A stretch of 56,544 nucleotides of DNA, filler included, from Sphacelaria rigidula (taxonomy: Eukaryota): assembly GCA_964200075.2 (NCBI GenBank). It is 6 parts of 6 records of this genome, joined end to end, with 100 filler letters (N's around TTAATTAATTAA, not from the genome) between each part and the next. Parts side by side here need not be neighbours in the genome. Positions count along the whole stretch, not along the records: positions 1 to 9,341 come from CAXNAA020008711.1; positions 9,442 to 18,782 come from CAXNAA020008712.1; 4 more parts are not named here. One strand, written 5' to 3'. Of this stretch, positions 1-12,449 are shown one piece after another. The notes under the pieces are model-generated. The model was not told the origin of the DNA, made no database searches, and was given only the letters and a program-made list of their open reading frames with translations. How positions within the stretch are numbered: the stretch's first letter is position 1; each line of letters starts with the position of its first letter. A program made the position numbers and the translations under genes.

Positions 1-55
1 GGGACTTCAACCTCATTTTTTGTTTCAACCCCAAAAATTAGGATCGGCTGTTAAT

Positions 56-380
56 AGCCATCAGTAGGTGAAGGAATGGAACGATGTTCCCAAGACTTGG
101 TGTGGATACGAAGATTTTAATTCTCCGGGTTTCTCATCCCCCAAAAAAGATCCATCCCCAATTTGTAAGAACCCGTGCTCTCCAGAAGAGATTTTTTTGT
201 TACCTCCAGAGGGATTCAACGCCTCCGGAGGCTCGGTCTTGCCTCTGGAGGACCGCGCATACTCCCAAATTCCTCCGGAGGGGTGCGCAGCCCTCCAGGT
301 CGGTAGTGATCGGTTCCCTCCAGAGGGATTGAAGGCCTGCGGAGGCTTGTTTTGCCTCTGGAAGGCCTCGCATCCCTCCA
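56..380 (+). repeat. Dispersed non-coding repeat family (core TAGCTATCAGTAGGTGAAGGAATGG...GTGTGGATACGAAGATTT...GATCCATCC); related copies at ~1300-1412 (-), ~2365-2490 (+), ~7085-7215 (-)
   Basis: Same ~120-nt core seen four times in contig 1 in both orientations; this copy also has internal CCCTCCAGAGG sub-repeats. Confidence 0.7.
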
Positions 381-802
381 GAGGCATTTTGGGGGGTAGC
401 CAAATGGCCGCGTGTGCGTAACGAACACCAGAATACACATGTAAGCCGGAGAAATAGTCTCAGGAACGGAGCCCACCAGTGACAAACATGAGCGGACTCG
501 AAACGTTCGAACCTGTGAAACTGGATCTTTGGAACCTAGCCAACGGAGTCTCCGGTAGAAGAGCTCGGAATTATAGAGTGACCGCATGAACCCTAGTTGA
601 ACATTGCCAGTACTACCGTAGCGCGGGGGGGGGGCGGGTGAAGGGCAGGGGGAATCATACTGCGTTGTACTGTGCGTTTACTTCGGCTCTGTCTATCTGT
701 AAAGTCACTCCCAGGGAGGTTTCATCTTTTGCATTGGCATGATTTCATCTTTGAAGATGACTGTACAGACAGTCCGACCGTGAGCGATGTATCACGGGTT
801 AA

Positions 803-900
803 CCCTGAGACAGCGAGAGTGGGTCATCTGTCGAATCGGCATCAACTTCACTTGTAAACAGAACGCGTGATCCAGATGGACTACCCTCGCGGTCTCAGGG
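803..900. mobile_element. 98-bp piggyBac-type MITE
   Basis: TTAA at 799-802 and 901-904; ends CCCTGAGACAGCGAGAGTGG / CTACCCTCGCGGTCTCAGGG form an imperfect TIR; related copies at ~11186-11288, ~27305-27400, 48290-49525, ~50515-50550. Confidence 0.8.
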
Positions 901-3900
901 TTAAGCCTAGGGTGTTGACGGACACATGGTACTACCAGGACATGCAGGGGGGTCGAGCTGTTCAACGCCGGCTGCGAAGAGAAGAATACGGAGAGTATCC
1001 AGATGATGTGTACTCATTACTCAGTTTCTGCACTTCCAAGTGGCGCGGGAGAAGATATATGCTTCTTCAGGTATAGTAGATGAAATGGGAGATGAATACC
1101 TCACTAAGGGGACAACAGATGGAAGCCACAGCCACCTCTCTCTCCCCTTGTTGTGGTGAGCGTGTTTTCCTTTCTTTCCTCCCGTGCTGATGGTTAACAT
1201 GATCGAGAAAACCTTTACAGCTTTGTGAGACTCCTAACTCGACGCTCGGTGCTGTAGAAGTGTGTCTCATGTTTTGTTTCAGCAGTCAGTAACACGGGAT
1301 CTTACAAATTGAGGATGGATCTTTTATTGGGGATGAGAAACCCGGAGTAATCAAATCTTCGTATCCACACCAAATCTTCGAAACACGGTTCCATTTCTTC
1401 ACCTACTGATTTGTGGTGAGCCAAGCTTTCGGAGGCTCTATGGTTTCGAACTGAACCAATTCTAGTTTGAAAATATGAATGTATGCATCGGGGAATCGGG
1501 GTAAAACATAAAGAATAATCCTTGTCAGGGGTACAGAGATGGTTTTGTGGTGTTTGAAGGCTCAGGGGGTATTATTCTGGCTACGGGCCATAAGCACGCT
1601 GATGTATTCTATGTTGAAGTAGTTAAAGTAAGAAAAAACATGTTGAAGTAGTCGAGGTAAGAAAAAACTTGCATCCCGGATAGGAAAGTCAGAGCAGAAG
1701 GGGTATGTTGAAGGGTAGATTCACGAAATAGGGCGTCATTCAATCATGTTTTGGACTTCGTGCAGCATAAACCAGCTGTTGAGTGTGTTTGACGACTGAA
1801 GAGTGGGCTCTTTTAGACTTTACATCACAGGTTAGGTGGGCAGAAACGATTGAAGAGATGAAAGGACACAAAGGTGAAGACCGAAAGATTTTCTGTCTTT
1901 ACCCCCGCGATTCACTCTCTCAATTTACGGTCCTTAGTTTCTGGTTTGAAGATTGGTTTCGAGTACTTTTTGTGAAATTATAGTGCAACGACATCGGGGA
2001 GTCACCGGTAAAATACTTGAGGAAGAATCAGAAGAGCCTATTTTCTCATCTTGGCATATCAGTGTCCGCATCTCTCTTGGATTGTGTTCGGACAAGACAT
2101 CTGACCTTCATAAAAACAGTTGAACCCATATTTGGGAATAGAGCGAAGACTTCTACCCTGACAGATAGCTATTGACAACTGCTACACGCTATAGAAACTT
2201 GGACTTTGATAACCGAAACGTTGGGGTCCTAGGTCAAAAACCAGTTCGGGGAATTCCGGCTGTCCGGACGGACGCCAAAATTGTTCCGAAATTGGTTCTT
2301 GACCTAGGACCCCAAAAATTCGGTGGTCGAAATCCAAATCTTTACGGCGTGTAGCAGTTGTCCGTAGCTATCAGTAGATGAAGAAATGGAACCACATTTC
2401 GAAGATTTGGTGTGGATACGAAGATTTGAATTCTCCGGGGTTCTCAACCCCAATAAAGGATCCATCCCTAATTTTCAAGATCCCGTGTTTGTTGCGTGTA
2501 CTGAAATTCTACGAACAACGTATCTTGACCTCTTGGACCGGAGGGAAAGCGCATTTCCAGGTCCAAACGCCAAGCGCTGCAATCTAGAGAAAAACAACCC
2601 ACATTTCATTTTCAAAATAGGACAATTCTGCGCACGGTTCTCGAGGCTTTTGGGGACCTCCAGTCTCGTCCGTACCTCGGAGGAGTACTATTTCGCACAT
2701 TTTGGAGCCCTGTCTCATTCTTGTTTATCCCCATAACGAGTTCGTTCCAATTTTCAGATCCTCTATGTGCAGATGATCCACCCTGAGGGTGACGATAGAA
2801 AAAGCCGAACTAGAGCGCACAGTACAGTGTAATGTTATTGTTGTCTTCTCTTCCCCCCCCCCCGCTGCACCCCTTCCCTTTGTCTACGGGTATCACCAGG
2901 ATCAGACTACACCACTTTCAAGAGCGAAACCTCTTTCTGCCGCCAGCTCAAAAATGGAAACATTTTTCGCCAGGGCCGGTCGTCTGAGACTTGCACTCAT
3001 TTTTGAAGTGAAAACTATGCCAACGCAACGTATGGCATTCCCTCGCTGTTACACTTGCTTGATGTTTTCCCAAGAAACGAAACTGTGGCTCTGCCGCAGC
3101 AGAGGGACGCTGTATACAACTTCCGGCGCTTGTGGCGGTATCGATATACTCAACTCAACTAACGAACAGAAGGGCATAATAATACACGCGCCGTGGTATT
3201 GTCTGTTCCAATACACGCCGTGCCCTCTACATTGGTTTCCCTGTGCAGCTGGGGTCACAGGCGGCAGCGCTTTTCTCGTCATGATTTGTCGGGGTGCATT
3301 GTAGATGAACACACGCACGAGAACAAAGTTGCTCCGAGCCAGACCTCTCCTCCGAGGTCCTCCTCTCAGTCCTCTCTGTGGGCTTCCTTATTTGCTTTAG
3401 TTGAGGACGGCGGGTTGTTCGTGAGACTTCATTGATGGACCGCTTTCGACCGCTGTTTCTGCGTTGTGTGCTTCGAATCCGAGTGCAGAAGGCTGCCCAG
3501 TCCTTGTCGGGGAACGTGTGGTGCTCAGCAAAACAGACAAGAAAAATACTTCTTATCGCAGGGTGTGAGGGTATACTTTGAAGGCACTCGGCAATGAAGA
3601 CCGAGCTGCCCACTCCGTGTCAGCGGTGTGGAGGTGTGTGTACCATGCTGAGCCATTCCTCACCCAGAAAAACGCACGGTGAACCGAAAATAGTTAGCCT
3701 CCTCGGATGGTACCGTTGCTGGACTGCTCTCGTAACATGTAAAGCCTATTCGCGCCAACGGTAAACTGGCCTTCTTTCCCTTCTCAACCAGTCGAGCAGG
3801 ATGAACACACTTTGGCACATGCACGAGCGATACGCATGGAACCGATAGGTGAGTTCGCCTTTTTCATAAAGCTGTTTTCCTGCCTGCGGATGTTTGATGC

Positions 3901-4207
3901 TGAGGCATTGGCAGGCATGGCCAGCAAAAATACCCGATCCGCCCTCTCGACCATGTTATGCTGCAATTCTATTTTGTTCACCCCAACGCTCGAAATTGAG
4001 TTCTCCCAAGCGCCCTGACGGCCAACTAGAGGTCATCTACGCTTACATGTTTGCCATATCCCGAGAATCGGCGGGACCATCAGATCTGATAGTTGGCCGC
4101 AGGCGCTACAAGAGTTGAGACCATTCTGGACAACCCTCGTAACTTCTCTACGCGTAGATGTTCCCTTGTCACAGCAGGCGGTTACCTACAGGCACTAAAC
4201 CGCCAAA

Positions 4208-4650
4208 TCATCTATCCGTGATATCAACTGCGTCGCCTGTGCCGTCCTTCTCTTCTCCGTTGGCAACACCATCATCCTTGTTCAACTGTTGTCGCGCTAT
4301 ATCATCATCCATGTCGCACGCGCATGCCACCACCTCCTCTCGGTCCCCTTCATCCTCCCCGTCAGAACAACCCACCGCCCCCCCTGCATATTTCCTTTCG
4401 TTGTCTTCACCCTCTTGCTCATCCACCGTTTCCTCCACATCACCTTCTGTTTGCCGAGGTCGACCCTTCGTACAGCAGAACGGGCATACGCGGCGCTCTT
4501 TGGCGCAGGGTCCGCATATCCTGTGGTAAGCGGCGGTGACGGTCTTCTTGTGGCAGTCATTGCACGTGGCCGGCTGGCGCAACGGCCTATACTTGCGGTA
4601 TTTTTTCCTCCATTCGACCTGTGTAGAAGGCAGTTCGTTTTTAATTTGTG

Positions 4651-4692
<42 letters not shown>

Positions 4693-7600
4693 CTTTACAA
4701 TAAAAATCGTTCCGAAATCTGCGCGGTACATTCCTACCGGGCATCTGATGCGGACGCCTTCCGTGGTCACAGGCTAGCAAAAAAAACAAGAAAAAAACAA
4801 AATAGACCCAGATTAAAAATCACAAAACGCGATACAAGCAAAACAGGAATAAACAATAAAGAGGAAAGGGAGTACATATGGCTAACGTGAGGAAACACTT
4901 GTGTCTAAAGCGTGACGATGGTTTCTCACGACACAATACGAGGCCCAGGGCCATCATCAGCATGTACTTGCGGGCGGGTCGCGGGCGGCGCAAAGATCGT
5001 GCTCTGTGGTTCAAACGATGTTCGCGGGTGGAGCGAGGGCACGAACTTGTGGAGATTGCATGTCACGTACGAGCAATAATTCGCCAGTGCCGTGGTACAT
5101 GTAAGCATACGATGATCCTGTACTGGTCACAATTGAACGTGTGTGCCCGTCAATCCGTTGTGCTCCGCCCGTCAGGAAGAATTTTTCCACGACTATACAT
5201 ACCACCCCCTGAATCACACCCCCGAGTGATAAAGTTTCGGCAAGTTTTGGCACTATGATCAGTACCTACCGTACGGCACTACTCGTATACACTTCGGCTA
5301 CTTTGGTCATGACGGTCTCTACAGTGCTGTACCATACACTCAATCCCCATACATTCAACCCCCGGGTGATGAGTTTTCGGGTCCCAAAAACTGGTCATAA
5401 GCACCGTGCTCTACGGTTCCCACCCATGACAGGCACTGATGGAAGCACTCGTACGCACTCGTCCCACTACTGAAGACCAAAAAGCACGACTGCGGACGTT
5501 TTGCCAAAGGTTTGAGAGTTGCGACCAGGAATATTGAATAAAGGTGTTGGTCGAAACTTCAAGGTCATCCTTGAAGTAGTTTTAGATATACATACGAGTG
5601 TACAATATATTCCTCTCTTTTAGAGTTGAACCGCGACGAGTTAAAAGCCAACATAGATCTCGTTGTTCTCGCCTTGATGTCAGCTACACGTCCAATTTTC
5701 AGCGCAATCAGACGTAAACTCGTGGATTTTGACTCCGACTCATATATCAAATCGCCACCACCGGTACCGCCACCAGATCATAGTTGGTGTTCAAGACTGT
5801 TCGAATTGATTAAAGTGCCTTCATGGCCTATCAGAGCGCGCGATACACTCTAGGTTGGCCATGAGAAGGTTTTCGTGAGATTGGGAGTACAGCACTCGAT
5901 TGAGAGTCAGCATCTGAACCGTTTTTGAAATCAGCATCATGTTCAAAAAGTTGCTGAGTGATCCTGATTCGTAACCATGGCAGTCAAAGGGATGAGATTC
6001 CGACGAGTTTAGCGGTTGGATGTATATTCCGAAGGCAAACAAACGCCGATATACGCCTGTTTGGAATCGCGCCGGGTCAAAACCCAATACTCGCATTAAT
6101 CGGAAGAATATTTTGGAATGCATGGCAACACGTCCAACGTGTTATCAGAACTTGGCCAGCGTGCAGCGACGCATTGATTAAAGCGATGTTCCGATGGTTG
6201 ATGTGCCCATTCTCCTTCGTTTCTTTCTCCGTTGAGCAAAACGGATCGTCCTTATTTTCACTCATCCGTGTTTCGTCCATTAACCCTTTGGGCGTCGGAA
6301 GCCTCACACAAAGCCGAAATAGGCCCCAACGAAAGTACGCGAAAGACGGCGACTAGAGACAGGCAAGCAAGGGCGTCTGGCCAGCGGTTGTGGATCACCA
6401 ATACCCATCATCTACTTCGCACCGCCACATGCACCGCGGTGCTGGTATATATTGCCCGCAGACCGCTGTAGAGATGTATGCAAAGCATCATCTACATCCT
6501 ACTCCGCGGGCAGTACTGTACTGTCAGTACGGCACGTTATTTCAATCTGTTTTCGATAGAGCTCGGAAATGGTTCGTCCAACCATTAAACAGTTAAATGG
6601 TACATAATGGTTTGGTCATTGAGCGGCACAGCCGCCAGCCAAGAAACCCCGCCGGCAGAGGGGGCCTCGCTGGAGGCGCCGTGCCAGATGCACGCTTATA
6701 CGCGATTTGGCTCCACTAGAGTTAATAAAATACATTAAATTTGGGCTTGTAAAGCCGGTAACGTTTAACAGTGGTTGAAAACCAGCATCCAAAAATTTGA
6801 TATACCATTGCCATCATCACCATTATAGTAATAATGGCCAGTTATAACTGGTGCCATTTCCGAGCTCTGGTTTTCGATATTTATTCTTGCAAACAGCGCA
6901 GACAGTAGTAGAGTGCTAACACGTTGTTCAATTTATTTTTTACAACCTGCTGTGTGTAGACAATACAGTCTGTACTGTACGCTGTTAAAATATTTCCACA
7001 TCCTCCTATATGGAGGCAGTATAGGTAGAACAGTACTGGATGTACTGCACTTTGGTCAAATCTTGTTCCAACAGCTAATCATCAAAATTGAGGATGGAGC
7101 TTTTCGTCGAGGATGATGACGCGAAAAATTGTAATCTTCCTATCCACACCAATCTTGAAATATATATATATATATATATATATATTGTCGCATTCCTTCA
7201 CCTTCTGGTAGCTATTGACTACTATTAATACACGCAATACCAATTTAAATTCCGATAGCCGAAATTTGGGACCCTCGGTGAGAACCTATTCTAGGGGATT
7301 TGGGTAATAAAACAGTAGTCATCAACAGCTACCAGTAGGTGAAGGAATGCAATCATGTTGTGAAGAATTGATGTGAAAACAAAGATTCCAATTTTCCGGG
7401 TCATCAGCTACATGTTGTGATACCTTTTGCCTGTTTTTACTTTTCGCGCTGGGAACACCTTCCTGTCTTAAGTAGTATGTGCGTGTTGTCATCCCATCTG
7501 TTCTGGACGCCATTCTACACATTTCGGTACATGTGGGCGTATTGGCCGGGGGCGTACAGGAGGAAGACCAACACAGGACTATCCTTCTCTTAATTCAGTA

Positions 7601-8215
7601 CTCCACCTTCCTTCTCTGGTGCTTGCACTACGTTTCACCATTACTCCGTAGTATATGAGAAGGGTTTAGCGGCCCCTTTCCCTCGTCAACCGCGAAGTAG
7701 ACTTTTGAACTCACGACATCGTCACTCTCCAATGTTGTAAACTATGTGAAAACAAAATCCCACATCATGTGACGTCCCAACCATCCGAAAGTTTCGAGGT
7801 CACCAACTGGGCCACCGAGGCGACCGGCTGGGTGGCACTACAAGTCGGGTAAAGATCCGCCAAAGGTGCATTTACTGAGTGCGGTGCGATCGATGCACAT
7901 CAACCCCTGCTGTTTTATTTCAGCCGTGTCAAGGCCGTGGGCATTTCTGTGTGTAATACATGAAAGCGCACATGATATCAACACCAGCACGCCAGCAGTA
8001 GCAGGAAGCAACACACGACAACACACGCTATTAACCAAATACCGTACAGTAACCGCACACCTCACCTTGTCGTGGCAAGACGCGCACAGTCCCGTGATGG
8101 GGCTGGCCAAGATTTTTGCTGTCTTCTGAGACTTGGGATTGTGGCGAAAGGCGAACGTGTTCTGGTGCGCCGGCTTCCTAGTCCGGGTGTTTCCCGATCC
8201 CTTCCTTGAGCTCAT
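4208..8215 (-). CDS. C9orf85: C9orf85/DUF2039-family Cys-rich protein, 2 exons (8215-8066, 4618-4208), ~186 aa
   Basis: Exon 1 MSSRKG...HQNTFAFRHN...GLCASCHDK ends at AAG|GTGAG and joins in phase 0 to CAG|VEWRKKYRKYRPL...CNDC..TV..AYH.ICGPCA...VCPFC; matches the recalled C9orf85 pattern; acidic tail; 3.4-kb intron. Confidence 0.88.
4650..4692. repeat. (GTT)n microsatellite near the intron 3' end
   Basis: Visible trinucleotide run ~30 nt upstream of the exon 2 acceptor. Confidence 0.95.
6557..6869. mobile_element. hAT-type MITE (313 bp) in the C9orf85 intron
   Basis: TIR (T/C)AGAGCTCGGAAATGG at both ends; perfect 8-bp TSD GTTTTCGA at 6549-6556 and 6870-6877. Confidence 0.85.
7159..7184. repeat. 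(TA)n microsatellite
   Basis: Visible dinucleotide run. Confidence 0.9.
7480..7829 (-). mobile_element. tRNA-derived SINE, diverged copy
   Basis: Colinear with the copy at 25270-25978; head on the minus strand GGTCGCCTCGGTGGCCCAGTTGG. Confidence 0.65.
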
Positions 8216-8481
8216 GATATTTACGGCTATAATCCCTCTGTCAGAAGAAGCACACACTCACAGTGCTCGGCAGCTGGAGCCGACTGGGGCGGGGTGTCAA
8301 TCATGGTCATCTTGTGGGTTTTGCAGAAAAAATACGAATGACCAGTTTCAATGCGAGTGGGGTAGATAATGACTTCACAACGTTTGTAGGCGATTGTATT
8401 CGACAACACCATCAGTGTCACAGGAGAGGTCGAGGCCACACACAATAGGAGGAGAAAGGGGGAAGAGCACTTTGAATTCCG

Positions 8482-8972
8482 ATGTCGTCATCACGATGTC
8501 AAAAAATATCGGTGCAAGTTGCAGTGGCAGCCGTGGTACTTTTTTGCTGCGGCCACAACCACAATCAGCACACCTCTGCATTTGTTCCAGTTGCGCCGCA
8601 TCCAACTCTGACAAGGCCCGCGAGCAGCGGGAAGATCGCGACTGTCCGTTCTCAAACTCGCTACACCGTCGCTACCAACGCCAACACACGAGACAAGAGC
8701 TCGTTCTCGCTCGGTGAATGCAGTCGAATTGGGGGGAGTGATTTACATCCCAGGGGAATCGCTGCAATCGCTGCTCGTACAGCGAGTTGGGGTCGTGGCG
8801 ATGATGGCTGGCGAAAAAGATTCGAGATTCGACCTCTCCACATGAGCACGATGGAAGTAACAGAGGGCGGGGGGGGTGGGGACGGCGCTACCATGACGAC
8901 GGTAGCTGAAGAGTTCGATGTCAAGACTGACCTGCTGAACCAAATCGATCTGGCTACGTCTTCAAAAAAGAG
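8482..8972 (+). CDS. First exon of a nucleus-encoded plastid-targeted protein (possibly PAP/fibrillin-like; rest off contig)
   Basis: Hydrophobic segment VQVAVAAVVLFCC, then TSA|FVP (ASAFAP-like), S/T/R-rich transit peptide, then acidic helical start VKTDLLNQI; donor AG|GTGTGC at 8972/8973. Confidence 0.7.
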
Positions 8973-9261
8973 GTGTGCACGTCTGTCTAGGTAGCGGTGG
9001 TACCATCGTGTCTGTGTGTCCTGCTGTCTGTTGCGTTGTCTTTTGTGTGTGTGATCTCGCCCAACATGGGTCGATTGCGAAGGAAGTGTGTTGATATGTC
9101 CCACTGTGCTTTCTGTTGGTGGGCTTATCTGCGTCAGGTGAGTATGTGGACGAGGAGAGCCAGCACGAGTGACCACGAGGGGGTGCTGCTGTGCTCAGCG
9201 TCAGTGTTATTTTGTTTGGGATTTTCGTCGTAGGTCGAAGAGATCAAAAAGTGGTACGCGG

Positions 9262-9341
9262 TCGTGTGTGTGTTGTTGTGTGTTGTCGTCCCATTAATAC
9301 TGGACGCCAGTATACACCTTTCGGTATATGTGGGCGCATCA
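9262..9341 (-). mobile_element. 3' end of the tRNA-derived SINE, cut by the contig end
   Basis: GTGTGTTGTCGTCCCATT...CTGGACGC...TACACCTTTCGGTATATGTGGGCGCA matches 25280-25341. Confidence 0.75.
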
Positions 9342-9441
9342 NNNNNNNNNNNNNNNNNNNNNNNNNNNNNNNNNNNNNNNNNNNNTTAATTAATTAANNN
9401 NNNNNNNNNNNNNNNNNNNNNNNNNNNNNNNNNNNNNNNNN
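9342..9441. other. Artificial contig linker
   Basis: N44-TTAATTAATTAA-N44, stops in all frames. Confidence 0.97.
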
Positions 9442-9745
9442 AAAAGTTAGTCGCTGGTTCGATTCCCGTCGGACGCACTTTCTTGGAAGAAAAAAGAGGA
9501 GAGAAAAGCTCTATAAAAAATTGGTCCAAAAGAAAAAGGGTGGGGTATAGCCTGGTGGCTATGTTTGGAGTGTACTGGTAAGGACCCCAGTGGACACACT
9601 CTGGAAATGAGTGGGGGCGACGAGTAACTCAAGGGGACGATGAGAGTGCCCACATTAGAGGTCCTGATTGCAGTCGATAGAGTGCTGGCGAGGGGAGTCG
9701 CCCTCCTCGGAGTGAATGTGACGGGGATTTAACCACCACGACTAA
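9442..9745 (+). mobile_element. Probable second tRNA-derived SINE family, 5'-truncated at the contig start
   Basis: B-box-like GGTTCGATTCC at ~9456-9466 followed by a ~280-nt body ending GGGGATTTAACCACCACGACT. Confidence 0.45.
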
Positions 9746-9750
9746 CTTTC

Positions 9751-9838
9751 GTGACGGTTTAAGAGACAACCAACTAGACTACTGATCAATCAGCGCTGAT
9801 TGGTCAGTAGTCTAGTTGGTTGTCTCTTAAACCGTCAC
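9751..9838. repeat. 88-bp near-perfect palindrome (hairpin MITE-like)
   Basis: 44-nt arms are reverse complements with one mismatch and no spacer. Confidence 0.92.
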
Positions 9839-9843
9839 AAGTA

Positions 9844-9943
9844 CCAACCTCCCGAACGGGAACCTTCTAAGACGTATTGCATAATATATAACATGATATA
9901 CAGTATATAATTCATGATACAAGGTTCCCCTTCGGGAGGTTGG
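9844..9943. mobile_element. ~100-bp TA-flanked MITE (Tc1/mariner type)
   Basis: TIR CCAACCTCCCGAA(C/G)GGGAACCTT, TA on both sides, AT-rich centre. Confidence 0.75.
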
Positions 9944-10584
9944 TACGGACCTCCCGCGGGGTACGCGAGTCGAAAATGCCGTCTCAGTGCGCTGCAAAAG
10001 AAAGCGTGCTAAAAAATGCCTTGCTGGCAGAGAAAATTCGGAAAAAGGCGTGAAAAATGTGAAATGGTACATGGGTTGAATGAAGAGAGAAAAATCGTGC
10101 CGGTTGTCGCCTTGTCCGCGACGATCGAGCAGGTATATATTGCCCTCCGTGAGAAATATACAGACGTGGACAGACAAACACAACTGATGAGGGAGCCTCC
10201 AATTACATAGAACAATATTTTGGTGAGATTGAGAGTAGAGGAAACGATTGAGAGTGCAAAGCAGTCAATTAGTGAATTAATCGTTTCAATTCCGAAATAC
10301 CCCTCCGCGAGGCCCGATATGCTTTCTGTATTAGCCTGCCACTGAAGCCCTTGATATCCCTGAGTAGGATATCGATGTGTAACTGTAAGCACACGCCAGT
10401 GATGGGGGTAAAGAAAAACACTCACGGAATAAAAAAATGGGCAAGTTGAATCGAACGACCAGAGCCACTCTCAATCGGCGCTCTACTCTCAATCTCACGT
10501 TGTTACACGTCACGACTTCGAATGCACACCTTTGGCCGCAATTCACTTAATATATCGTATACCCGCATGTTTTATTGTTATAAA

Positions 10585-10800
10585 ATGATGAAATTAACTA
10601 ATGAAATGAATGATGAAATAAAGAAATAGATGATGAGATAGATGATGAAATAGATGATGAGATAGATGATGAAATGAATGATGAAATAAATGATGAAATG
10701 AATGATGAAATAAATGATGAAATGAGTGATGACATAAATGATGAAATAAATAATTGAATATATAATTAAAAAAGAAATGAATAAGTCCTTCAATGAATAA
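10585..10800. repeat. 12-bp minisatellite (GATGAAATAAAT-like)
   Basis: Visible degenerate tandem units. Confidence 0.85.
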
Positions 10801-12449
10801 ACGTGGAATACTGGTTCAGTAAGTAAAGCAATCACTTAATTGGTTTATTTGTTGGATGGTTGGAATGATATTGGGGGCCGGGAGGGGGGGGGGGGCACTC
10901 ATTTGTTGCTTGCCTTAGTGGTTCGACCATTGACCATGCATTCCTTTCGAGACGGGGCATGTTCGGGGTGGATTATTACTTTTTTGGGGAAATGGGAACA
11001 CAATATCTCGACTCCTGCAATATAAGCCCGCTGCATGGTAACGCAATATAACAGCCGATTTCAAATTTTGGGGTTGAAACAAAAAATGAGGTTCAAGTCC
11101 CATTTCTCTATTGCAGGGAAGATACGAAAGAGTAACACAGAGCGAAATTATCTTCCTCCCCAAACCTTCGCAGGAGGAGTTACCGTTAGACCGCGAGAGG
11201 AGGTCACCTGCTGAATCGGCATCAATATTCACTTGAAAAAAGTACACGTGATCCAGATGTACTACCGGCACCGCCCTCCAAGGGTTAAATAACTCTGGCT
11301 AGTACACCCAACGAAATGCGGTGTACACGCGTGTCGATGACGGTATGTCGAAGTATTTGTTAGCAGAGCAAGCCACAACCCAAGATGGGTGAGTATGTGA
11401 CCCACTGGTCCTGTTTTCGGCTCGTTAACTCAAACAGTAGGGTTCTCTCGCACACGGCTCTCGTCAACAGCAGACAGCTGTTATTGAAAGTAAGCACCGA
11501 GCTCTTTCAATAAAGGAAACACCAATTGACACCAAGGGGTTATGTTACTCGTGACTTGCTCGTGTTAGCTTGTAACGGCTTGCCGGCAGAAGGTGAGACG
11601 TCGCGCAGAGCAGATGAAAAGCTGATGGTCCTTCTTTTGGTTAGTTCTACGGTAGCTGTTTCTGGCGGTGGTTCGCAAGTGAATTCGTGGGCGATGCTGC
11701 GCACAATTACCCTCAAAAGCTCCTAGCTACGCATACAATCTTGTCACATAAATACAAATCAGCGTGACGCACTGTACCTTAAGCCAATCAAAGCTGTAGC
11801 AGCAGCAGGTACACGCGGCTAATCGGGTACAATCCTCATCCGGCTCATGGGGCAGGATCAACGCTTCAACGATGCAAGTCTCATCATACACAAGCACACA
11901 TTCGAGTGGAATCTTGGGTTCATACCCGCCGATCGTTTCTGGGGATCATCCGAGGATGCTAAAGAACTAGTTTATTTCAGGCACGCAGTCATTTACCATC
12001 ACATATAGCCCATCCTGGATCGTTCAAGTGTAGTTCCTTTTCAAAAAGGGACAAACTTGCATCGAGCCACACCTCTCCCACACCACAGAAAATTGAGACT
12101 CCACTTGAAATTCGAGTCTTCGTTGGTACGGGGTACGGGAAGTGGCGATCAACACAAAAAATCAATATAACATACGAACACAAGCACAAAGCATAAAAAG
12201 CAAAAAAATCGCACTGATACAATAGTTCTTGTTCTCATGTTCCGTGAGCCTTTCAGACGGAGTCGTGGGGAATCTAAAATAAAATAAATCCAAACTCAAC
12301 AATCAAACCATATACCACAAAATGCAGTGTCTTCAGAATGTCGTTAGCATTTCCGGGATAACCACAGGAAATCAGAGACATATCATTGAAACGATCATCC
12401 TACCCTGCCATAACTATGTCATGAATAAATAGTTCACTCTTTTCCGGAT

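Noticed and set aside
4289-4890. ORFs with poly-N, poly-T, poly-V or poly-C tracts
   Set aside because: Translations of an intronic (GTT)n microsatellite or antisense shadows of the real exon
5500-6500. Cluster of short ORFs in the C9orf85 intron, possibly a decayed transposase or viral fragment
   Set aside because: No recognisable motif in any frame; would need a translated homology search
9386-9397. TTAATTAATTAA as a piggyBac site or biological motif
   Set aside because: Identical at all five N-gaps; an artificial all-frame stop linker
10180-10215. CTGATGA hammerhead-core-like words here and at several other sites
   Set aside because: No flanking stems with a correctly placed GAAA were evident by eye
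10578-10835. Hydrophobic 85-aa membrane-protein-like ORF
   Set aside because: Product of a 12-bp minisatellite
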